A stretch of DNA of 64,000 nt from Botryllus schlosseri. Its lineage: Eukaryota. This document shows, in pieces, positions 62,914 to 64,000 of the stretch; position 1 is the first letter of the stretch; each line of letters opens with the position of its first letter. The stretch covers positions 3,162,001 to 3,226,000 of the forward strand of contig CM119385.1 of assembly GCA_051294905.1 (NCBI GenBank). The letters run 5' to 3'. The notes under the pieces were generated by a model. The model saw only the letters and a program-made list of their open reading frames with translations. It did not search any database and was not told the origin of the DNA. Made by a program: the position numbers and the translations under genes.

Positions 62914-63668
62914 CTCAGACGGCCATTCTAATATGATGTGAGTCCTGAAGATTTAGCAATTATGAAGCTATATCATGTTTTCGCTAATTTAAAAATAGTA
63001 CAAATTAATTATATCAATCATTTTACAAAATGGTTTCGCGGACCCCCTGAAATTGCTTCGCGGATCCCTAGGGGTCCATGGACCCCCTGTTGAGAACCCT
63101 TGGCGTAGTGGTATAATCCACAGATGCAGCACCAATGGGTTGCTCCTTCTAGCCTTATCATCCGTGTAAGCGGTATCTTGTAAAAGCCTAGCAGTGGGTC
63201 GTCCTACAAGTCGGCAGCTAGGCAAAAATGAATTAAATTGGCCTGATGTAAATGACCATAGTAGTCGACAAAGACCATGAATACCACAAACAACAACAAC
63301 CTCTAGCGTCCCCGATTGGACCAACTGAGACCTAACCAATAACCATAACGCTGATGTATTCCAGGGTTCACGATCTCCTCTCTTCGCGATTGCCACCCGA
63401 AATATAGCGCGGTAATCAACACACAGACAGCACCTAAGTGATTTATATACAAGATTATATTCCATGACGTAGTATACCATAAACGGCGATGCTCACAAAC
63501 TGGAACAGAACCAAACGACCTACCATTACGATACATACACACAGAAACGGGGCATCATCAGTATCTAGATACCGGCAATAACCAGGACGTGTTTCAGCCA
63601 ATATATCCACAAGGATTCCGACAGGTTTCCGACAGCCAAGTTTCAAGGTTGTCACTTAATGATTAGGA

Positions 63669-64000
63669 TAGGGTTACCATATGTCCTACTTTTTCAGGAA
63701 ATCGAAAATGTCCTCCGAGGACGCCTAAATGTCCTCTATTTTTGAAATTCGTTTTCCTTTATAGCTTCGTCAGCCATGTTAATCAACAGGCCTAACTAAA
63801 ATAACGGCATAAATGACGCGAAAGCTGTAATGCGGACGTTCGAGCGGGTCACTCGGGAGTAGGAATGAAAAAATAACCTTTATTTCAGTCAACACCATAG
63901 CAGTATCGTGAAAAAGTGGCTAATGCAGGAGTCGAGCCGGAGTGATGACCTTTTTTTGGTTAACACAACGAATACCTATAAAAATTTCAGAATTCATCAT
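63669..64000 (+). mobile_element. 5' end of a hAT Blackjack-like element running off the window
   Basis: TAGGGTTACCATATGTCC terminus followed by repeated AAATGTCCT subterminal motifs; the other end is not in the window. Confidence 0.55.

Noticed and set aside
62989-63480. 163-aa minus-strand ORF as a gene
   Set aside because: Its 3' part runs through a hAT MITE end (about 63030-63101), so the frame is a composite; only the shared segment is noted as a finding.

Overview
AT-rich animal (probably invertebrate; species not determinable from sequence alone) genomic DNA that is very dense in transposable elements. The only clearly intact cellular-type gene is a single-exon DNMT3-family cytosine methyltransferase on the minus strand (13277-15121). 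It has an ADD zinc finger and all catalytic motifs but no PWWP domain, and it carries unusual substitutions in the CpG-reading TRD loop, the catalytic loop, the ADD acidic patch and the R882-equivalent site. It looks like a functional retrogene with a DNMT3C-like architecture and is the top candidate for new biology here. Around it lie about 18 hAT-type elements and MITEs with TIRs, most with readable 8-bp TSDs, including several nested stacks and two elements sharing one triplicated target site. There are also two Tip100/Zaphod-like hAT transposase pseudogenes, a spliced P-element transposase pseudogene, a Penelope-like GIY-YIG fragment with a minimal hammerhead ribozyme, a tRNA-derived SINE, and a 5'-truncated I-group LINE whose RT-RNase H reading frame is uninterrupted. 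Two pairs of decayed paralogous segments may be exons of unidentified gene families. No rRNA, true tRNA gene or CRISPR array was seen. Human DNMT3A/B residue numbers come from my recollection of those sequences, aligned by eye; no searches were run.
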